Of a stretch of DNA of 64,000 nucleotides, positions 48,481 through 58,788 are shown one piece after another (positions within the stretch are counted from its first letter, which is position 1; the number at the start of each line of letters is the position of its first letter). The notes under the pieces were generated by a model. The model saw only the letters and a program-made list of their open reading frames with translations, did not search any database and was not told the DNA's origin. Source of the DNA: Pseudomonadota bacterium (GTDB taxonomy: Bacteria > Babelota > Babeliae > Babelales > CAIQNR01); contig JAIYDZ010000006.1 in assembly GCA_027487215.1 (NCBI GenBank), positions 69,366 to 133,365 of the forward strand, in the 5' to 3' direction. Position numbers and translations under genes: made by a program.

Positions 48481-49764
48481 TTAACTTACAATAACTTCTT
48501 GAGGATGCACAGATGCGTGATGAGCAAGGAGCTTTTCATAGGCGTTAGTCACGGCATGAAGATCATTAGTAAGCGCTGCAATACGAGCAGTTAGCTCATT
48601 ATTTTTAGCTTCTTCAAGCGCTAGTCTATGCATATAATCCATTAACTGATTATAAGAGGACTCATACTGTTCAAGCGCAGTCTGATAAAGGGATTCAATC
48701 TCTGTAAGTGCTGTATCAATAATTACATAGGCACTATTTAACTCTTCTAACTCTGTTTGACAAGCAGAATGCTGTGCTTGCAAAGCTACATAATGAGACT
48801 GCAAGGTTTGATAGTCTGAACGCGCTTTACCAAGTTGAGAGTCAAAAGTATCAAGAGTTTTTTGCTGTGAACCAATTGTTGCCTCACGTGCTGCTACCAC
48901 ATCACACGCTGCTTGATAATCCGCCTGAATCTGTGTCTGATCTGATTGCAAGGCATTATAATCAGATTGTAATTGAGCAATCTTTGCATATCCTGCATCA
49001 AGATCTGATTGTTTAGCAGCAATTGTTGATTGGCATACTACAATTGCCTCACGGGCTTGGTTGTTATCTGCAAGCAATGCCTCATTTTGTAGACGCAGTG
49101 CATTGATTTCTTGTTCCAAGGCTCCCACGCGATCTACCGTTTGTGCCAATGAATTTTGTAAGGTAGAAATCAAATCACTAGTACCTTTTTGTAACTCAGC
49201 ATATTTTACACGAAGTTCTTCAAGATATTGATTTGAAGCATTTAAATCACGTTGTTTATCAATAAAGTTTTTATGTAACTTTTGATAGTCCTCTTTGACT
49301 TTGACAAGTTGCTTACTGATTGTTTCTTTATCTGCCTTAAGGGCTTCTATTTGTTTTTGATGTTTACCGTTCTGATCCTTAAGAAACTCTTGAGAGTTTT
49401 TAAGCTTTTTAGTCACCTCATCTAAATTTTGCTCAAGATTTTGAATCTGCTTTTCGAACGCATTTTTTGCATGTTTATAACCAGATTCTTCTGCCTGCTT
49501 TATGTTCCTTGCAACATATTTACGAACTGCTCCTAATGTCGTATTCCATTGCTGGCCCGACAGATCGAACAATACACACATGTCGTTATCATACGCTCCA
49601 CTTTCTACTATAACAGGAAGTGAAAGGTCACTCAGTTTAAGAAATGTTTCATTTGCATTGATAGTTTTGATGAGAAAACTCTGTCCAAGCACCAAGCTGG
49701 TTACAATAACCTTCATGCATAGTGATTTCATAACAGACTCCTTTGGTAAGTAATATAATGTCAC
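48481..49764 (-). CDS. hypothetical secreted long coiled-coil protein (Gln/Ala/Leu-rich)
   Basis: 427 aa. Signal-like MKSLCMKVIVTSLVLGQSFLIKTINA, then ~330 aa of continuous heptad-like sequence with recurring SDYxxLQS units. Confidence 0.6.
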   Translation of the reverse strand: MTLYYLPKESVMKSLCMKVIVTSLVLGQSFLIKTINANETFLKLSDLSLPVIVESGAYDNDMCVLFDLSGQQWNTTLGAVRKYVARNIKQAEESGYKHAKNAFEKQIQNLEQNLDEVTKKLKNSQEFLKDQNGKHQKQIEALKADKETISKQLVKVKEDYQKLHKNFIDKQRDLNASNQYLEELRVKYAELQKGTSDLISTLQNSLAQTVDRVGALEQEINALRLQNEALLADNNQAREAIVVCQSTIAAKQSDLDAGYAKIAQLQSDYNALQSDQTQIQADYQAACDVVAAREATIGSQQKTLDTFDSQLGKARSDYQTLQSHYVALQAQHSACQTELEELNSAYVIIDTALTEIESLYQTALEQYESSYNQLMDYMHRLALEEAKNNELTARIAALTNDLHAVTNAYEKLLAHHASVHPQEVIVS

Positions 49765-49828
49765 GCGACAGTTTAAGCAGAGAAATGGAAATTAATCAAG
49801 CGCGAATATTACATTACTCAAAAGATTT

Positions 49829-50269
49829 TCAATCCCCAAAAGTAAGCCATCCCAAGCCATATCCCAGCACACATGAGCTTGTAATAAGGAGGCCTTTTTT
49901 AAAACCGGGATAACCAAAAAGAAATGCAGTTAACGTATGCGCCTTTGCTCTATATTCATCATCAGCCCCAACCAGTTCTCGAGCCTTATCAATAAGTGCT
50001 TGATAAACTATCGGTTCATCACCTGTACTATCAACACACAATTGACGCAGTTGACGGCACACATGAACTAATATTTCTTTATCTGAAAATTTTAAGTCCG
50101 GTGATTTGCTCACATTCTGATTACATTGATTTAAGAAATTTATAGTATCTGATCCGCGAGGCCGTTGACCATCCTGACAAAAGAAAGGTTTTTCTGGCTC
50201 AGTAGTAAAAGAATTACCACACCACCCGACACTCAGAAAACTGAGTAAAAAATACCGATAAAAGTTCAT
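49829..50269 (-). CDS. hypothetical protein, signal peptide plus C-terminal TM
   Basis: 146 aa. MNFYRYFLLSFLSVGWCGNS signal. C-terminal LLITSSCVLGYGLGWLTF. Confidence 0.5.
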   Translation of the reverse strand: MNFYRYFLLSFLSVGWCGNSFTTEPEKPFFCQDGQRPRGSDTINFLNQCNQNVSKSPDLKFSDKEILVHVCRQLRQLCVDSTGDEPIVYQALIDKARELVGADDEYRAKAHTLTAFLFGYPGFKKGLLITSSCVLGYGLGWLTFGD

Positions 50270-50276
50270 ACTGCAC

Positions 50277-50675
50277 TCAACTAAACTTCATACCCAAGAA
50301 AAAACCAACACAAAAACTGGCAAATCCTTGAATGTTTGTCTGAATCCAAGCCAGCGCAACATGATAAATAGTATCAAAGCTTTTAGATGAAGGCTCTATT
50401 CCGATAGTAGCAAATATTTTGTCCCATTCAATACGCACAAACTCAAAGTAATCAAGCGCAGTAATAACAAATACCCCAATAAGAAGGGTCATCATAAAAA
50501 TTTTAAAATAACGCTTTAAAAGAAATCCACTCAAAACCCCAAGTGCACCTGATGCCCCAATTTCAACCCAATCAAAAGGATACAAAGAAATCGTACGCAT
50601 AACACCTTTAATATCAAAACTTTTAATGGATTCCCATAACGATGGGGTTGAAACCAAATCTTGTATTGTCATCAT
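50277..50675 (-). CDS. small integral membrane protein (FUN14-like, tentative)
   Basis: 132 aa with three predicted TM helices and Gly-zipper-like GASGALGVLSGFLLKR and GFASFCVGFFLGMK. Confidence 0.4.
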   Translation of the reverse strand: MMTIQDLVSTPSLWESIKSFDIKGVMRTISLYPFDWVEIGASGALGVLSGFLLKRYFKIFMMTLLIGVFVITALDYFEFVRIEWDKIFATIGIEPSSKSFDTIYHVALAWIQTNIQGFASFCVGFFLGMKFS

Positions 50676-50760
50676 CTCCTGCTTCCTTTTTATAAAACCT
50701 TTATTACCCGCACAAGAATACTCTCAATTCTTATGGCCGCGCAATGAGAAAAAATAGACA

Positions 50761-50790
50761 AAAAAAAAGGGGGCGGATATACCGCCTCCC
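50761..50790 (-). terminator. rho-independent terminator of hup
   Basis: On the minus strand: GGGAGGCGG-TATAT-CCGCCCCC followed by TTTTTTTT, about 20 nt after the hup stop. Confidence 0.85.
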
Positions 50791-50809
50791 TAAAAAGTCG
50801 AAAAACCTT

Positions 50810-51082
50810 TTAGCCAACCAAGTTTCTCAATGCTTTACCAGCTCTGAATTTAGGAACGTTCTTGCTTGGAATTTGCATTTTTTTACCTGTTGCTGGATTG
50901 ATACCAACTCTGGTTTTACGTTTAATAACTTGGAAGGTACCAAAACCTGTTAAAACAACAGCTTTCTTACCTTTCAACGCGCTACCAACACTGGCTACGA
51001 ATGCTTCTAAACATTCTTTGCATGTTGCCTTAGGTAGTTTGGTAATTTTCGCCATGCTTTCTACTAACATTGCCTTGTTCAT
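50810..51082 (-). CDS. hup: HU/IHF-family DNA-binding protein
   Basis: 90 aa from ATG 51082 (SD AAGGA): MNKAMLVESMAKITKLPKATCKECLEAF...GFGTFQVIKRKTRVGINPATGKKMQIPSKNVPKFRAGKALR. The ORF track over-extends to 51142. Confidence 0.9.
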   Translation of the reverse strand: MNKAMLVESMAKITKLPKATCKECLEAFVASVGSALKGKKAVVLTGFGTFQVIKRKTRVGINPATGKKMQIPSKNVPKFRAGKALRNLVG

Positions 51083-51515
51083 AACAATTTCCTTATGTGT
51101 ACTTAGTAAAAACTTTAAATCCTCATTACCTATGGCAAACAAAACTAGTACTTAAGTGAGTAAACTATTAGGTAATGCAAATTTGTCAAGCTTATATTAT
51201 CTCAAAATTAAAAAAAGAAACTTTTTCATATCCACTCAACTTTTTACTTTTTTTAATAAAAAGCTTTTCTATCTATAATAATTCGGAAGGCAAATATATA
51301 AATTTTTTAAAAAAAGTTTTTTATTTTTATTTTTTAAAAAAAGTAAAAAATTTCAAAACACAATCCTTATAGTTTTAGCTAAAATATTTTTTAGACAAAA
51401 CTAACTTTTATAAAAAACAGAATAAAAATAATAAAGAATTGCGTTAGATAGCACCAAAAAATAGATCTTTACTTTGACGGGCTAAGTCAAACGTAAATGC
51501 ATTAGCAGCAAAAAC

Positions 51516-51604
51516 TGGTGCCGAGAGCCGGACTCGAACCGGCACAGGCGTTAAAGCCCGAAGGATTTTAAGTCCTTTGCGTCTACCTATTCCGCCATCC
51601 CGGC
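51516..51604 (-). tRNA. tRNA-Leu (anticodon TAA), class II with long variable arm, CCA encoded
   Basis: Minus strand: acceptor GCCGGGA/TCTCGGC, anticodon arm AAGGA-CTTAAAA-TCCTT, long variable arm, T-arm GCCGG-TTCGAGT-CCGGC, 3' ACCA. Confidence 0.92.
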
Positions 51605-51640
51605 ACACCACTTTTAAAACCTATATGTCAAACTTATTGA

Positions 51641-51714
<74 letters not shown>

Positions 51715-51724
51715 AACAAATCTA

Positions 51725-52237
51725 CTATTTCAAAATACCTTTTTCAACTAATAATGCACGAAGTTCTTCAGTCGTGATGACTTTAAGAGCCTCATCATGA
51801 ACAAGTCCTTCAGGTTTTTCATTTTCAGACTTGAGGTATTCTTGTTGGCACGCACCCTCAACTGGATATGCCTGAGCATCTTTTTGATTCGCCTGATACC
51901 ATCCTACCATACCTTCTTCGTATGCCATTACATTAGTAAATCCAAGCTTCATCAATTTCTTAGCTACAAAACCACTTGCAGTACATCTATAGTTTGAACA
52001 ATAAACTACCACTGGAGCATTTTTGTCCCAGTTAACTGCACTTGCTTCATGCTCACCATAAGGAACATGTACCGATCCTGGCACACGTGCATCATCAAAT
52101 AAACTTTTATCTAAAACGTTTGCTACCACAATTGTAGGTTTTTTAGGTGCAGAATTAAAACATCCTGGAAGCACAAAAAGTGCCGCTGCCGATGCCACGA
52201 GTACTAAATTACTGCGAAAACTTTTTAAAGTAGTCAT
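51725..52237 (-). CDS. rhodanese-domain sulfurtransferase, probable lipoprotein
   Basis: 170 aa. Lipobox-like LVASAAALFVLPGC. Rhodanese core with active-site loop VVVYCSNYRCTASGFVAKKLMKLGFTNV. Confidence 0.75.
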   Translation of the reverse strand: MTTLKSFRSNLVLVASAAALFVLPGCFNSAPKKPTIVVANVLDKSLFDDARVPGSVHVPYGEHEASAVNWDKNAPVVVYCSNYRCTASGFVAKKLMKLGFTNVMAYEEGMVGWYQANQKDAQAYPVEGACQQEYLKSENEKPEGLVHDEALKVITTEELRALLVEKGILK

Positions 52238-52323
52238 TAAAATTTCCTTATTTTTATTAAGCGAGCCTTAAATGTAGCATAAAACATTATGGCTGCCAAA
52301 CTTTTACCAAACTTTTTTTACTC

Positions 52324-53214
52324 TCAGGAAACGGACTGAAACCATCTTGTCCAGCGGACTCTGGTCCAAAAATCAATCGGATGGGCAAGAAGATCAAAAA
52401 TCATCCAGGAAGCTTCAGAGTCAACCGAGAAAAGTCTGAACACTATGCGACCATGAATAAAATCACCATTTAAAGGTCCAAACATACGGCTGTCTCCGCT
52501 TCCTAAACGGTTATCTCCCATCACCCAATACTCATCAACACCATCTTTTTCTTTTGATTTCAGCTGAATGTCATAAATATCAGAACCATCTGCACCCACA
52601 ATAGGAGTTCCTGAAACTTTCTCAATTGCTTCTCCATGTTGTGCATATAAAGACTGAGCACGACGAACATCTAATCGATCAAGACGATAATATGGTTGTT
52701 CTTGATAAGAATAGTTTGAGTCGTAACTTTTCCATCTAAGCCTTCCATCCAAAAAGGTTGGAATTAAGGTACAAGGATTTATATAAGGCTCATTATACTT
52801 TTCACCGTTAATATAAACTACCGGCTTTCCATCCTCAATACGACCCTCAATTCGTTCTCCCGGCAAACCAATAACACGTTTAGTCCAATTTTCTGGTCCC
52901 CATACATGATGTTGCCACCAGTTAACCAGTTTATTAGTTGAATACTGATAACGTGAATGTGGTTCATTAAACGCAATAATCTCACCACGATGCGGTGTAC
53001 GAATAAAGGTATACGTAAACTTATCTGAGACAAAACTTTCGCCTACTAATAATGTTCTTTCCATAGAACCGGTTGGAACTTTATAAAGACCATACCCCCA
53101 TGTTCTGATTGCAAACGCAATCGGAATAATAACGATAAAAGACTGTACATATTCAGCAAACGTCGATTTATTTGGTCTATTCCACCAGGTAATAAATTGA
53201 TGAATTTTTTCCAT
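52324..53214 (-). CDS. lepB: signal peptidase I
   Basis: 296 aa. TM anchor, Ser box PTGSMERTLL, KRVIGLPGE box, and YWVMGDNRLGSGDSR. Confidence 0.92.
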   Translation of the reverse strand: MEKIHQFITWWNRPNKSTFAEYVQSFIVIIPIAFAIRTWGYGLYKVPTGSMERTLLVGESFVSDKFTYTFIRTPHRGEIIAFNEPHSRYQYSTNKLVNWWQHHVWGPENWTKRVIGLPGERIEGRIEDGKPVVYINGEKYNEPYINPCTLIPTFLDGRLRWKSYDSNYSYQEQPYYRLDRLDVRRAQSLYAQHGEAIEKVSGTPIVGADGSDIYDIQLKSKEKDGVDEYWVMGDNRLGSGDSRMFGPLNGDFIHGRIVFRLFSVDSEASWMIFDLLAHPIDFWTRVRWTRWFQSVS

Positions 53215-53223
53215 GAAACACTC

Positions 53224-54156
53224 CTATGCTAAAACGGTAAGTGGATTAACGTGTCGTTCAAAAACATATACTTCAAAATGTAAATGTGAGGCGTCGCGAC
53301 CATATTTACTAAATACAGCGCCGGTTGCTCCTACAGTTCCAATCACTTGTCCCCGTTCAACCTTCTGACCAACTTTTACTTTTCTTTTATCAAGATGCGC
53401 ATAACGGGTTTTATATTTTTTATTATGAGCAACTATAATACAGTTACCATACCCTTTATGAAAATGAGATTCAAGGACAATCCCTGTGGCAGCCGCATAT
53501 ACTGCAGTTCCTCTGACCGCTGCCATATCAATACCATAATGGAATTTCCATCCTCGGTGCTTTATTTTGCGCGGACCAAACAAGGAACTTAACCAAAACT
53601 GTGATCGATCAATCGGCCATGAAAAGTGAAAATCTCCCACAAGCGCCGCTTCTTGCGCAGTCACTATCGGACGCTTTGGTTGCACCGTTGCTCTACGCTG
53701 GCCACGACGTCGCATCTTCTTGCGCGAAACCGGTTTTCTTGCACGTCCTTCTTGTTTCCACTCTTGTGCCTCAAACATCTGTGCTACGGAAGATTCAAGC
53801 TCATATTTGCGAGCAAACCGTACTGCGTTTGTAAGAAGATATTCAGAATCTCTGTTAACAGTTAAAAACGGCCTCTCATCTGCTTCCTGATTTTCATCAG
53901 ACAGAGACCCTATTTTTTTTTTTTCGTCAGTACCGTTTTCAGCCGCTTTTTGGTCAAGAAGTTTTTTAACCGCGAGTGTATACACACGATACTCTTCTTT
54001 TAACTCCAGCAACTCCATGGTTACTCTACGAAAGTAATAATACTGCGTTATGAGAAATAAACCGCCACCCACTACAAGAAATAAAAGTATTCCTGTAAAC
54101 AAGTGAAGTCTGCGCACTCTCTCTTTAAAAAGCGCTGACACAATTTTTTGCACCAT
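53224..54156 (-). CDS. M23-family metallopeptidase
   Basis: 310 aa. N-terminal TM, coiled coil, HxxxD (FHYGIDMAA), GYGNCIIVAHN, YAHLDK, and HLHFEV. Confidence 0.9.
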   Translation of the reverse strand: MVQKIVSALFKERVRRLHLFTGILLFLVVGGGLFLITQYYYFRRVTMELLELKEEYRVYTLAVKKLLDQKAAENGTDEKKKIGSLSDENQEADERPFLTVNRDSEYLLTNAVRFARKYELESSVAQMFEAQEWKQEGRARKPVSRKKMRRRGQRRATVQPKRPIVTAQEAALVGDFHFSWPIDRSQFWLSSLFGPRKIKHRGWKFHYGIDMAAVRGTAVYAAATGIVLESHFHKGYGNCIIVAHNKKYKTRYAHLDKRKVKVGQKVERGQVIGTVGATGAVFSKYGRDASHLHFEVYVFERHVNPLTVLA

Positions 54157-54160
54157 ACAC

Positions 54161-54880
54161 CTACTCTATTGGCACCACTCGGGTTTGATTAACCCATCCT
54201 GTCACATCGTGCGTAGTTATTTTAAACCAACCTTCTTTGTGCTTCATACTACTAACACATTGGCCCATTTTTACTGATCCATTACTATGAAAATCTTCAT
54301 TTGGTCCAACGTACACTAAAGAATCCTGGAGTATAATACCGTAAGTCCGTCCATTAATCCACCTTAAACCATACAATCCTGCCATCGCTATTACGCATAA
54401 AAGCGCTAGCAGAAGTTTTGCAAAAGTATGGGTATTGTTTAATACGATGCACAGGACCGAAAGAAGTAGTAATAGAAAAAGAACTAGCAGCTGAGCGGCC
54501 ATGAGCGGAATATACGCTGAGCACCATTGCATCATCCTTACAATAAAATGTTCACGCGCAATTCCTAATATATCACCTACCTGATCACGCAGCTCAGTCA
54601 CTTTAACAAACAACGCTGAGGATGCATTTTTTTGGGCTTGAGAGAATGCAATAAATGCGTTTAAATCATCGCTTTGATGCTTATAACACAAACCAATATT
54701 GTGCCATAAAACAGGACCTTTATCAGGGATTGCTGTATACAGTTCTAATGCTTTTTTAAAGTCCCCAGATTGGTAAGCATCGTTACCTTGCAAAAACTGT
54801 TCATACTCACTTGCTGTTATCACACGCAGTGTCGCCACACATGCTAGACTGAAAAAAAGTTTTATCATAAAAGATTTCAT
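54161..54880 (-). CDS. batE: BatE-like protein (TPR, TM helices, C-terminal SH3b-like)
   Basis: 239 aa. Signal, TPR (GNDAYQSGDFKKALELYTAI), hydrophobic helices, and C-terminal GWFKITTHDVTGWVNQTRV. Last gene of the bat-like array; ATGA overlap with batD. Confidence 0.55.
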   Translation of the reverse strand: MKSFMIKLFFSLACVATLRVITASEYEQFLQGNDAYQSGDFKKALELYTAIPDKGPVLWHNIGLCYKHQSDDLNAFIAFSQAQKNASSALFVKVTELRDQVGDILGIAREHFIVRMMQWCSAYIPLMAAQLLVLFLLLLLSVLCIVLNNTHTFAKLLLALLCVIAMAGLYGLRWINGRTYGIILQDSLVYVGPNEDFHSNGSVKMGQCVSSMKHKEGWFKITTHDVTGWVNQTRVVPIE

Positions 54881-56598
54881 AACAGCGTCTCCAATTTATT
54901 AAGCCAATACGCAGCCTGACTGAATACTTTATTGTTATGTTCATTTTCATTGCCGTGATACGCAAATGCATACTGCGCAAGATGAGCAAGCACAAGACGC
55001 CACTGCACAATCTCTGCTTGACTCACTCCCTTTTGAAGAAGAATGTCTTCCATAGATTCTTCAGTAATTTCTGAACGCTCTTTATAAAAACGCGCGGCAA
55101 ATAGTTCGATAAAAATATGATAGACGTGTCCAACATAGCCACGATTACGCGCATTTTCAAATGAGATACGCGCTTTTTTAAACGCCTGTCTATAACGGAC
55201 ATGCGGTGCCTGAGCAGCTTTATGAACTTTGTACCACTGCCACACAAAACGACCCGCAATGCTCATAAGAGACAACAACGTTGCCCCATATATAATCCAC
55301 CAAGAAAGTGAGTTCTCTTTTCTTTCTTTCCACGCACCAGTTGTAATAAGAGCAAAAGAGGATGGGTCAGTATCTACTTTTTGGGATATTAAAGAGGGAG
55401 GAACATCCTGCTTTGTTACCGCTCCAGGAACAATGGTAAGATTTACCGGACTGGTTACAAGAGTTTTGTACTGTTCATGTATCGGATCAAAAAATACCAC
55501 TGTTTGGGACTCAATGGTATAGTCTCCTGGTTGTTGTCCTTGAATAACATATTCCCATGTTTTTTTGTGTTCTGAACCGTTCTGAGTAATGTCGGTACTC
55601 GATTCATACATAGTTAAACCTTCAGGAAGTACTAACGGCGGATGAGAAATTTGTCCCATGTTGCCTGTTCCATAAAGATCAAGAAACGCTACAACACCTT
55701 CCTGCTGTTGTGCTTTTTTAGTAGCAACTCGCAACACTGCACGAGAAAAATTACCGACTGCTTTAACCGGCACCTCGTACGGCGGCAAAGGCTTTGCCTG
55801 AAAACTCAGTTCATTTGAATACACAGATTTTTGATCACGCATCATACCAAAAAATCCGCTCATTCCGCCAAACATTCCTGATTGGATTGACTCTGTATAC
55901 ACCCCTTCTAAAGGAGCAATTTTAAGAGTTCCTGACTTTTCTGGATATAAAGTAGAAGTCCATTCAAGATAGCGATATTGTTTTTCTTCAATTGTTTCAA
56001 TCCCTGAAGCGGGACCTTCTAATTTAGTTGCAAAAAAATCAGTTTTAAAGTTTGGTTCATTGATTGAACCTAAACGAATGTCATTATCTGAATAATAAAA
56101 TCTTAATTTAAAGCCAACGGCTTGTCCTTGATACACCGAGTCTTTATCAATGCTCATGGTTAATAATACTTTTTCGCTCTCTTGACCCTCTACACTTTTT
56201 TGCTTTTTGCCCACCGATAACAAAACAGTCTCAGAACTTAAAGTGTTTCCTTTGTCCACTATTTTTGCAGGTCCAATTGTGAAAGTTCCTTCATGGCGAG
56301 GTACTACTATACTATTTTCAGTTTTAGTAAGTGTAACTTTACCATTAATTGAAACAGTCTGAGAGCCGCTGGAACTTCCTTGCAATTCAAACGCATCAAG
56401 GCCTTCTACAAAAGACTTTGGCAAAGGTTGTGTATCACCTGAAACACGAACCGAAACTAAAAAAGGCACTCCCACTTGCGCTTGCAATAACTGATTGCCA
56501 TTGGTATCTGTAACTCGCAAAGAAACGGCTGCATCAGCACAAAGAGTACCTACTACCAAACTTGCTATGACTACTACTTTACCAATTTTTTCTACCAT
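54877..56598 (-). CDS. batD: BatD-like oxygen-tolerance protein
   Basis: 573 aa. Signal peptide, long beta-rich ectodomain, one TM (WWIIYGATLLSLMSIAGRF) and a helical tail. Called mainly from its position between the TPR and TPR-SH3 genes. Confidence 0.6.
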   Translation of the reverse strand: MVEKIGKVVVIASLVVGTLCADAAVSLRVTDTNGNQLLQAQVGVPFLVSVRVSGDTQPLPKSFVEGLDAFELQGSSSGSQTVSINGKVTLTKTENSIVVPRHEGTFTIGPAKIVDKGNTLSSETVLLSVGKKQKSVEGQESEKVLLTMSIDKDSVYQGQAVGFKLRFYYSDNDIRLGSINEPNFKTDFFATKLEGPASGIETIEEKQYRYLEWTSTLYPEKSGTLKIAPLEGVYTESIQSGMFGGMSGFFGMMRDQKSVYSNELSFQAKPLPPYEVPVKAVGNFSRAVLRVATKKAQQQEGVVAFLDLYGTGNMGQISHPPLVLPEGLTMYESSTDITQNGSEHKKTWEYVIQGQQPGDYTIESQTVVFFDPIHEQYKTLVTSPVNLTIVPGAVTKQDVPPSLISQKVDTDPSSFALITTGAWKERKENSLSWWIIYGATLLSLMSIAGRFVWQWYKVHKAAQAPHVRYRQAFKKARISFENARNRGYVGHVYHIFIELFAARFYKERSEITEESMEDILLQKGVSQAEIVQWRLVLAHLAQYAFAYHGNENEHNNKVFSQAAYWLNKLETLL

Positions 56599-57796
56599 GT
56601 TGCTCCGGCATCCCCTGTTTTACGACAGATTTAAACATCCTTTTTGCAGTCTCTTTTTCTTGATTTTCAATATAACGCATCAGCTCATACTCGGGCTGCT
56701 GCTTATCAGCGGCGTTTGAATCTTGGGTTTCTGTTTGCTCAGCACGTAACGGCTGCATACCTTGTTTTTTACGGTTCTGATCAATAGGCTGATTTTGTTG
56801 TTCACTTTTTTTTAAGGAGAGAGAGTCATGATTTTTTTGATTCCCGGTTTGCTCATCGGTCTTCCGATTGCTTTTGCTTTTTTCGTCGCTGCTTTGGCCC
56901 CCTTGTTGGCCATTGCTCCCATCATCTTTGCGTTCATGTTGGTTTTTTCCATCATGCGCTTTTCCTTTAAGATCCTGTTTTCCTTCAGTGGAATTATTTT
57001 GCTGAGCGCTTTGGTTCTCTCCTTGCTTGCTTCCCTGTTTCATGGATCCTTGATGGGAGTCGGACCGATCCTTTCTCTCTTGATCAAGGGAGCCTTGATC
57101 GCTACTTTTGTCAGCGCTATTCTTTCCTTTTTCAAAATCGTTCTTTGACTGAGATTCATTCTCAGATTCATCAGGATCAGGAGACTGCACGTTTTCTGAT
57201 CCGTTTTTTTGGTCGTCGTCAGAACTGTTTGAATTTTTGTTATCAGTCTCTTTTTTTTGATCCTGTGATTGTTCCTGCTTTAATCCCTGATCTTTATTCT
57301 TGTCGTTTTTCTTATCTTTTTTGGGATTATCGCATGAACTAGACTGCTTTTCCTGCTGCTTGTGTTTTTCTAAAAGTTCTTGTGCCAATTTCTTATTATA
57401 CTGAACATTTTTGTCACTCGGATTATATTCAAGTGCCCTGTCATAAAATTCAACTGCTTTTTCAAGCTGCTCACTTTTTGCTGCACCATTTCCTGCATTA
57501 TACAAAGCTTTGCACTTATCATTACTGGCTTTAAAGTAAGAAGCTGCCTCCTGAAAATATGCCTGCGCTTTTTTAAACTCGCCTGCACGATAGCAAGCGG
57601 TACCAGTATTATAAAGAAGGGTCGCATCCTGTGCATGATCAACAATCTCTTGTGAATATAATGACTGAGCACGATCATACTCACCACGTATATATGCCTG
57701 CTGCGCTTCATACTCATTAAAAATTCCATACGCTACGCTGTGCATACTTACTAAAAACAGCAACCTTCTTACCATAACCATTCCAGAATCATGCAT
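56579..57796 (-). CDS. batC: BatC-like TPR protein with ~220-aa K/D/N/Q/S/E-rich low-complexity insertion
   Basis: 405 aa. TPR units (GEYDRAQSLYSQ, GEFKKAQAYFQEA, LEKAVEFYDRALEYNP) followed by a low-complexity region (about 56686-57349). Confidence 0.6.
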   Translation of the reverse strand: MHDSGMVMVRRLLFLVSMHSVAYGIFNEYEAQQAYIRGEYDRAQSLYSQEIVDHAQDATLLYNTGTACYRAGEFKKAQAYFQEAASYFKASNDKCKALYNAGNGAAKSEQLEKAVEFYDRALEYNPSDKNVQYNKKLAQELLEKHKQQEKQSSSCDNPKKDKKNDKNKDQGLKQEQSQDQKKETDNKNSNSSDDDQKNGSENVQSPDPDESENESQSKNDFEKGKNSADKSSDQGSLDQERKDRSDSHQGSMKQGSKQGENQSAQQNNSTEGKQDLKGKAHDGKNQHERKDDGSNGQQGGQSSDEKSKSNRKTDEQTGNQKNHDSLSLKKSEQQNQPIDQNRKKQGMQPLRAEQTETQDSNAADKQQPEYELMRYIENQEKETAKRMFKSVVKQGMPEQHGRKNW

Positions 57797-58788
57797 ATCA
57801 ATGCCCCTAATAAGAAAAACGGATAACGTTCCTCTTGTGTTGCTAACTGCTTATCTTCAAACGTCTCTTTTTCATACTGTTCAACACAAGCAACCAGTCC
57901 TTTAATATCTTCATCTGATTGTGTGGCCGTAATATAATGTCCGCCTGTTTGAGCAGACAACACGGCAAGAATACCAGTATTTAAACGTGATAATATTACG
58001 TTCCCTTGTTCATTTTTTTCATAGCCAACAGGCAAACCTTGGTCGTTTAAAACAGGGACAGGAGCGCCTTGTTCTGTACCCACTCCGTACGTAAAAATAT
58101 GAAGGCCGATTTTCTGTGCTTCTTCTTTTACTGAAGTTAAGTCACGAGAGAAATCTTCACCGTCAGTAAAGACTACCAACGCTTTATGTTTACGCGCAGG
58201 CAGCTCTTGAAACATCACAATTACTTTTTTGAGCGCTTGATCAATAGCAGTTGTTCCTGATGAAATACTCTCTGCATCAATCTGATCTAAAAACATGGTA
58301 AATAAAGAAGTATCTCTGGTTAAGGGACACTGAATAACTGATGCTCCAGAAAACACCATTAAACCGACGCGATCAGAAGGAAGCAACTGTAATAATTTTT
58401 TAATTTTTGATTTTGCAAATGCTAAGCGATGAGGCTTTACATCTGAAGCAAGCATACTGCGAGAAATATCAAGTGCGATAAAAAGTTCACGCCCTTCCTG
58501 GGTTACTGCCTGTTCTTTTTTACCCCATTGCGGTTGCAAAAGTGCTAAAAATAAAAAACAGAACGTAAAACGATACAACCAATTTTTAATAACAAGACGT
58601 TGTGATGAGTAACCAGAAAACAATAAATGTGTGTGCTCGCGTGCCACTAACTGCTTTGCTACCGCACGACGCTTTCTTAACCAATACATAAGCACTATCA
58701 TCACTGCGATCAAAACAGGAGTCCACCAGATATTTTCCACATTTGCCCACGTAATACCAAACAGTGTTTTTTTCATAATCCAAACCAC
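57769..58788 (-). CDS. batB: VWA-domain membrane protein, BatB-like
   Basis: 339 aa. N-terminal TM helices, MIDAS ALDISRSM, VFTDGEDF, and a C-terminal TM. Confidence 0.8.
   Translation of the reverse strand: MVWIMKKTLFGITWANVENIWWTPVLIAVMIVLMYWLRKRRAVAKQLVAREHTHLLFSGYSSQRLVIKNWLYRFTFCFLFLALLQPQWGKKEQAVTQEGRELFIALDISRSMLASDVKPHRLAFAKSKIKKLLQLLPSDRVGLMVFSGASVIQCPLTRDTSLFTMFLDQIDAESISSGTTAIDQALKKVIVMFQELPARKHKALVVFTDGEDFSRDLTSVKEEAQKIGLHIFTYGVGTEQGAPVPVLNDQGLPVGYEKNEQGNVILSRLNTGILAVLSAQTGGHYITATQSDEDIKGLVACVEQYEKETFEDKQLATQEERYPFFLLGALICMILEWLW

Noticed and set aside
50744-50953. 69-aa plus-strand ORF (MRKNRQKKRGRIYRLPKK...)
   Set aside because: It starts inside the hup terminator hairpin and runs antisense through hup. 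It is an artefact.
51302-51344. 16-nt direct repeat ATTTTTTAAAAAAAGT (51302-51317 and 51329-51344) upstream of hup
   Set aside because: It is pure A/T-tract sequence in an extremely AT-rich spacer. It probably reflects low-complexity slippage or DNA curvature rather than a specific site. I noted it but did not promote it.
56828-57729. ORFs 56828-57148 (+), 57145-57342 (+), 57380-57655 (+) and 57370-57729 (-) inside batC
   Set aside because: They arise from the low-complexity, A/G-rich repeat region of batC, where every frame stays open. The batC frame alone has TPR motifs and operon context.
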